Source: Thalia democratica (taxonomy: Eukaryota). From it: 64,000 bases of DNA. The notes under the pieces were generated by a model that saw nothing but the letters and a program-made list of their open reading frames with translations, did no database searches and was not told where the DNA came from. Location of the stretch: positions 15,624,001-15,688,000 of the forward strand of contig OZ241831.1 of assembly GCA_965202585.1 (NCBI GenBank), read 5' to 3'. Positions 57,101 to 64,000 of this stretch are shown in pieces (the first letter of the stretch is position 1; each line of letters begins with the position of its first letter). A program made the position numbers and the translations under genes.

Positions 57101-58629
57101 CTGGAATTAAAAATGTCAAATGTTGTACAAACAGTTAAGTTACAAAATAGCTAAGTATTTTATAAACTATATAAGTATTATATAACAAGCTTTAAATTCT
57201 ACTTTAAACACAACTACAAGTATTTAAATATTCAAGTATGGTAATATAATTTAAAAGGTGTTCTTTAGTTTACATAAGTTTTAAAAAAGATATTTTTTTC
57301 TATAAAAAAAAAAAAAATTCAAACAATTTGTTTTCCAATACAGTATATGTAAAAATCAATAATATATACTATTGTATTAATACCGTATTTATAAATTGTA
57401 TATATTATGTAGTATTTTGTATTAAAATAATTAAACTTTGTAAATTATAAGTATTAAAGAGTATTTAAAAAACTAATATCTACGTAGAACTTAAGTTACA
57501 ACGACAAAAAAAACTATCATTTAAAAAGTAATTTTTTACTTAAATAAAACTTTAAAAAAGCTTATTATTGGTACTACTTTTGCTTTTATTAAGGTTTTTT
57601 ATAACTTCACTGCTATAGTTTAAAACAATCTAACTTATCAATTATACCTTCAGGATAATTTTGTTGGGAAAAAAGTCTTTGAAAGCATTTTCATATATAG
57701 TTTTTGCTTAGTTTAAAGTTTTCAAATAAAAATAAATAACTTACTGTTCTAAAATATGCATTACGTACAAAATAAGTTTAATTAGATAGTTGTTTATTAG
57801 CATTTTTGAAAAGTCAAATAGTAAACAATTTTACATGTTTTACAGAGGTTCATAACTTAATAAAATTCTTAAAACTTAAAAACGTTTATTGATGCATTTT
57901 TAGATACAAAGATTTGATAAGATTAAAGTTATATACTTAAAGTCTAGTATAGCTTTATAATTAATTAAAATAAAATAAGAGTTTAAAGTAGTATATATGT
58001 TCTAAGATATTAACGTACTCTTCGTAACTCATATTAGCTTTAGTTATTTAAAATATTGTCTTTCTTTTTACTTTTAAAACTATTTTAAGTTTGTTACAGA
58101 TAATTCAGTATACCTAAAAGTGTTTACACACTCGATTTTATATTTTGATTTTATAAAAATTAATTGTGCTAAACTAAAGTATTCGAGTGTACCTTACCAG
58201 AAACTAAACAAAATCAAAATAAATTTAAAGTTCTTGAAATGTACAAGATTATTTAAAACTTTAAGTTTTATTAAAATCTACTGAAAAATTTTAAGGTTTC
58301 TAACACTAAACTAAGTTTTTAAACAAGTAAAATCCAATGTATATACTACAAAACTAAGTCAATTTTGTATATACACTTCTTTTGAATTTTTATCAATACA
58401 CTTTTAATTTTATTTTTAAGGATTGTAATACTTTTACTCAACAGATAAAGTATTTAAGTTTTAAACACACTTTATTAGATTTTTAAAGATCATTTTAATA
58501 TACTTTAAAACATGAAAAAAAGTAAAAGTTTTTGAATAACTTTGGTTATTTTAAAAACTAATAATGTTAAAAAAATAAATTAAAAATAAATATTTTTTTA
58601 AAGAAAAGTTTTTCAAAAGTTTTATTAAA

Positions 58630-59770
58630 ATTTAAACGTTTTGTTTTTGTGATTGTTTAGGCTAGAAGAAAAGTTGTTTTTTTATATGATTCTGTATTTT
58701 TAGAAACGTAAACCTGATTAATGACATTTTGAAGAATCACTATTTTATTTTAAGTATACAAATGTAAACAAAAAAGAAAAAAATTAAGAATAAAACTTAA
58801 AAATTAATGCCTTTTTAACGAAGTTGGTTAGGAAATTGATTTTTATGGAGCTGATCGATCAGGAATATTTGTAAGAAAATTTAAGAAAAGTAAAGCAGTG
58901 TTTTAATAAAAACAATTAAAACTATACCAACTTAAAAAATAAGAAATGCAGTACTTTTTTTATACGTAGCTGAAAAAAAATTTAATAACTATTTTTGTAT
59001 CTAACAAGATTTGAAACAAGTTTAAGAAACTTATAAATTAGGACTTTTTATTTACTCAACACTTGAAATATCTTTGGTAACTTATACTGTTAAACAACTT
59101 TAACTTATTTTATTTTTTAGCTAACCATGTGTAGCTTTAAAATAATGAGTACCGATTGTGCATCCAATCATGAAACTAGGTCTAATGAATTGTATCTTGC
59201 TTATATACAAAGATAAATCTAAAACTAAAAGCAAACTAAAAGTATTTTTGAAAAACATTTCTAAAGGAAAATATAAAACTAAAACAGTTTTTAAGACGAA
59301 TACTGCTTTTAATTAATTTTATGCTTTGAAACCTGACTTAGACTATATACTAAATTATTGAGAATAAGATAAAACTTTACATTATTTTTGTGCTTATTTA
59401 TACCCTATTTTTAAAAAATGTTTGAATAAAAACAAAAACGTTTTGTTTTTGTGATTGTTAAGGTTACAAAAGTAGTTGTTTTTTTTTATTTTGTATGTCT
59501 AGAGACACCAATTAAGACGCCTGATAAATAACTCTTTGAAACAATATTGTTTTATTTTTAGTGTATAAACGTAAACTAAAAATAAAATAAAGTTAATTAT
59601 GAAAATCAACAAAGTAATACCATTTTATTAATCATTAATAAATTTACGAGATCTGTTTCAAGTAAAAGTTATTGTAATTTTTTACCAATGAATTTTTTGG
59701 AAAGTAATTACTGTTTTTTTTTATACCGAATAACGACTCACAAGAATTTGAGAAAAAGTAAGTCTAACTT
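58630..59770. repeat. Degenerate direct duplication, copies about 800 bp apart
   Basis: aaacgttttgtttttgtgattgtt-aggyta-aa-a-agttgttttttt...cctgat-aat...ttttatttt-agt-ta-aaa-gtaaac occurs near 58633 and again near 59436. Confidence 0.55.
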
Positions 59771-61592
59771 CAATTAATACTTTTTTAGTACTACTGTTTT
59801 AAATATTCATTTTGATTAGGTTTTAAGCTCGTGATTTAAAAAAATAGAGTATAAACAAACACAACAGTAACGTAATGTTTTACCTAATTCTCAATCGTTT
59901 AGTATATAATCTAAGCTTCAAAGAAAAATTAATAAAAAGCAGTATCAGTTTAGTTTAAGAACACTTATATTTGATACAGTACTTTCTTACAGCTTGTTTT
60001 CACCTTTAATTGTTTTTGTATTTAACTTTTCATTTTTATTACAAGACTATAGTGTATTATATTCTATTATTCAATTTAAACCTGTATATATTTCATTTAA
60101 AATAAATTTAAAAACTTTTGTTTAAAACAAAGAATATTAATCTTTATCAACGAATATTATACTTAACTTCCTGGTTATCGTCAAATAAAATATTATTTCA
60201 TATTTTAAAGTAAACTTAATTTGAATAACTGTAACTACAAATATATAATTTGAAAAATTTACATGGTGAAAAACCTCAAAGAATAAGCATAAGAAAAAAA
60301 TATATTGTAACACAATTACTAACAATTATAATTATATTAGTTGTTGTATTTTTTGTAAGTTTTATTGCTGAAGTGAACCTTACTTAAGTACACTTGTAAT
60401 TAACATATTTCATGTAAAGTATGATTTCGCACCCTTTTAAGTTTTATCAAAAGTTGACCTTGTTTTAAAATATAACTTATCTTATTTACATAAAAGTTGC
60501 TTTGTTTGTATAATAATTAAGATTTAAATAAAACATTAAAGTTTTTAAACTTTTTGTACTAAATTATGACTTAATCAGTTTTAATCTGATTGCTGCAAAT
60601 TTTAACAATTACTTTCACAACTCAGACAGAAATAAATAATTATTAACTTAATTTTTTACGTACAAAATGTTGAATGCCTTTTTAGTTTTAAATTTTACCT
60701 AACAAAAGTGTTTTCAAAAACGCTTTTAGTTTAGTTTTAGTTTTAGATTTAACTCTATACATAAACAAGCGAGATACAATACATTAGACTTATTTTTAAC
60801 ATTGGATGTACTATTGGAACGTTTTATTTGAAAGCTATCCACGGGTAGCTAAAAACAAATTTAAATTTAACTAAAACTTTTAACAATTTAAAATACCAAA
60901 GATATTACTAGAGCTGATTAAATACAAACTCCTACTTTGCTGTTGGAATATGAATGTATTAAACAAGTTTTATGTATGAATTATTTTCAAACCATGTAAG
61001 ATGCAAAAAAAAAAGTTACACTTTTTTCAGCTAAGTATTAAAAAATTGTACTTGTTTTAGCCAAGCATTAAAAAAGTGCTGCATGTTTTAATTCTATAAT
61101 TTGTTATACACACTTTTGTATAAAAGGAACGTTTTACTTTTTGTAAACTTACTAACGTGCCTAATCAAATTCATAAATTCTGTTACGCTTAATCTTATTA
61201 ATAATGCTATACTTAAAAGCCTATGTTTCATATAATTTGTAAAACTTTAAAAAGTTAAGCATTAGTACAATAGTTATTTTAAAGTTACATTTAAACTTGA
61301 AAATAAATATACTTAAATATAAAACTTATTAAAACAATTAATTTGGCCGAATACATATGTAAAATGTAAAAATAGTTTATAATGTTTAATTTTTTCGTAT
61401 TAGGCTCTATACAAAAAAAAATATTTTCAATTTTTTAAGGCAGTTTAATAATTAATTTATAAGAACTTATCGCAAAAACTAAATTTATAAACAGTAATAA
61501 TAAAGTATGAACATAAATGAACAACTTTACCAATAAAGTATTTAACCAAAATTTTTTCATTAATATGTATTAAATTGAAAATGAAATAATTA

Positions 61593-61700
61593 GTTTATTG
61601 AACGACTAAAAATATACGCTCAAAATATTTGGTCCTTGAACCTGGTGCACGAAGAACCTTTCGGTTATCGAGTCGTACACCACGGATACCTTTTAACGTC
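61593..61700. repeat. Copy B of the dispersed structured repeat
   Basis: Aligns with 8352-8441 and 63451-63536. Confidence 0.75.
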
Positions 61701-62590
61701 TGCTTATCTAACAATTGCTTCACTTTTAGTATCGAAATTAACTGACACTGATACTATATTTAATTGTTTTATCAGCAATATAAACTTTATTTTTAAATAA
61801 GTACTTTAATAAGTATGTAGTTTTAAAAATGTAGATTTAAAACTAAAATTTACCTTTTAAAACTTTAAAAAAAAAAAAAAAGCGTTTTTAGTAAACTCTT
61901 TTTTTTTTAATTATTGTTATTGCAAAGGTATAAAGTTAGTTTATAAATCTTTCTAAAGTTTTACCAAGATTACTAACACTGTAAGTCTAACAATAAACAA
62001 AAAGTAGTTCATATTTATTTGCAATACAAATATTTTTTTATTGTGCTTTTTATTGACCTTCGAAAATTTTTTTGTGACTAATAAATTGTAAGCTTAGCAA
62101 TTAAGAACGTTAAAATTTCTATTTAATTTCAATATAATGAAGCTTGGTACACTTATGAAAATCTGCAGGCAACGTATATTTAAAAAAAAACGCATTTTAT
62201 TTTCAATTCTTCAGCTTAGAAAGACTCTACTTTGCTAGTTTTATTATGCATTTATATTTAATTTAGCAATGCTAAGAGATAATTTTTAAACATAAAAGTT
62301 TTAACTTAACTTTTAAAGCTTTTAGTGTACTTATGTGTTACGATAAGATTTATTTTAAATGCTTTTTATGAAACTTATTTGCTTTTTTTTTCATTTTAAA
62401 AGTATTTCAAGAATAATGTTCAGGTGTAATAAAATATTAGAATAAGAAGTAAAAAAGGGAAAGATTTAAAAGTTAAACTTTATAACACAAAACTATACTG
62501 TTACAAATATTAAGTTATCAAATAAAACATAGGCTACAGAGCTTAAGCCAGGACTTTTAAGACAAGCTGAAGTTAACATAAAGTTTTGGT

Positions 62591-62891
62591 CATACCAATG
62601 CAATCATCAGATAAGACCAAAAGCTTTCGGTTTTGTTCTTATTTACACTCGTCAGTCGTCAGTCAGCCTGTCTTGCTAGTGGACAACGTTTTAAACGTTG
62701 CACAGTAAAAGACAATGCTGTCTTTACTGATCAGTACCAGCAAATGGTTGCTTTATGGTACAACATCATAAACTGTTTGTAGATTGACGACTGCAAGTTT
62801 TTCGGTTGAAGCTAACTGATAAGTTTAAACGAGAACAAAGCCCTGATCACAGTCTACCGAAGACTTGTGGTCTGATGATCAAATTGGTATG
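62591..62891. mobile_element. 300-bp element bounded by inverted repeats, with several internal hairpins (MITE-like or structured RNA)
   Basis: CATACCAATgcaATCATCAGA (62591-62611) versus the reverse complement of 62871-62891, CATACCAATttgATCATCAGA: 18 of 21 match. Internal stem-loops at 62684-62700, 62705-62727, 62734-62761 and 62845-62872. Confidence 0.55.
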
Positions 62892-63450
62892 TTTAAATCT
62901 TTATGTAAAAATAATTTGCTAAAAATACTTTTAAAACTTTGTTTAGTAATTGGTTTTAAAGCAAAATTTAATTAATCATACGTACAAAGGTTTAAATTTT
63001 TTCAAAAACTATAGTTTAAAGCTTAGACTTTAAACTTTTTTTTATTAATAATCGCTAATTATTTGAACTCTATTAAAAAATTGTTAAATGCGTAACAATT
63101 CATTGTTTGAGTTTTTTAAAAACAAAACCTTATATTTTGGATTTGTTGGGCCACAAAAAGATCTTACTTTATTGAAAAATTTTTCTTGTTTTGTAAAATT
63201 TTATTTGGATACATTTTGCAGTATACAAATATTGAAGTGGACTCTTCAAGGTCTTAATTAAACCGTTCTCATTTTCTTAATTCAATAATTTATGTATGAG
63301 TAGTGATGTTTCTTTTACAGCTTAGTTTATTTTATTTTGTTTTATAAAAAAATATTAGTTTTTATATAAGCAATTTCGGTACCTAATTATAACTCTAAGC
63401 CTTTAAACTTTTTATTCGTGTTGTTCAAGAATTGTCTTAACAATAAATTA

Positions 63451-63536
63451 TCGCTAATAATATTTGGTTTTAGGACCAAGTGCACAAAAAAACTCTCGGT
63501 TACCGAGTCGTACAGCACTTGGATACCTTTAACGTC
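63451..63536. repeat. Copy C of the dispersed structured repeat
   Basis: More diverged copy; shares atatttggt-taggacc-gtgcac...ctcggttaccgagtcgtac...ggatacctttaacgtc. Confidence 0.7.
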
Positions 63537-64000
63537 TTGTCCAGGACTTACCTGTCAATTTTTTTTTTGGTTGTTGGACCGTTTTTGTTGAGTGTCGCAG
63601 CTCGAATGCAGCATTTTCACTGTAGAATGTATCCTAATTTAAGCTGGAGAAATGTTTCGCATAGATTTGCAGCTACCTAACATTTTTGATCATGCTGTAT
63701 CCCTGCCCTGCTGAATCTAGTTTTAGTTGCCTAATGATATATTTTTTAAGAAATAATTTTATGAAAAATAAAGCAGTTTTATATTAGGTGCAATACTTAC
63801 TGTTGTTTTTAAATATTTGAAAATTACTACTTCTATAATCTATAGTATATTATACACAAGAATGAAATAAAAAAGTGAATGCTCACAACTATGGTCAAAT
63901 AGGTGGTGTGGAGAAAGAAATTTTGGTCATCAAGCCTCACACCATATATTTTGTAAACAACTTTGATAAATTTTAATTAGAACTTTAATAAAATTTAAGT

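Noticed and set aside
62604-62880. Hammerhead ribozyme or box C/D snoRNA (CTGATGA on both strands)
   Set aside because: No GAAA/stem II-III arrangement in any permutation, and the box C motif lies 3' of the box D motifs; the motifs are explained by the terminal inverted repeat.
63546-63720. U1 snRNA 5' end (ACTTACCTG) or a minus-strand coding exon ending CAG|GTAAGT
   Set aside because: No U1 body follows, and all three minus-strand frames contain stops; at most a UTR exon or pseudo-exon that cannot be supported.
63880-63990. Short open frames and a weak inverted repeat at the window end
   Set aside because: Too short, no recognisable motif, and truncated by the window edge.

Overview
AT-rich eukaryotic (animal) genomic DNA with spliceosomal introns; no prokaryotic features, CRISPR arrays, rRNA or tRNA were seen. 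I spliced three genes by hand. (1) The 3' part of a divergent kelch-repeat gene (+, about 216-1570). (2) A 3-exon type II membrane C-type lectin-domain gene (-, 7460-5948, 239 aa) that the ORF track shows only as its first exon. (3) A complete Notch receptor gene (+, 15629-47886): 44 coding exons, all GT-AG with consistent phases, 2338 aa, with signal peptide, 34 EGF repeats, 3 LNR, HD, TM, RAM, ankyrin repeats, NLS, Gln-rich region and PEST. The rest is AT-rich non-coding DNA. It holds two non-autonomous hAT elements with exact 8-bp target-site duplications (7970-9316; 51471-54518, with nested MITEs), other MITE-like elements and a three-copy structured short repeat. Chordate-like Notch motifs, compact introns and low GC would fit a tunicate, but that is an unverified inference. 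The most notable observations are these. The ligand-binding EGF12-equivalent has lost its O-fucose and O-glucose consensus sites and gained an N-glycan sequon. Tandem furin sites could excise a 24-aa peptide. The PEST phosphodegron has T-S where T-P is expected. 22 of 43 Notch donors start GTT. GC3 differs sharply between exons. There is a 27-bp intronic hairpin and a candidate poison exon. The lectin has its Ca2+ site replaced by a possible extra disulfide. Comparisons to human NOTCH1 are from memory of that sequence and need an alignment to confirm.
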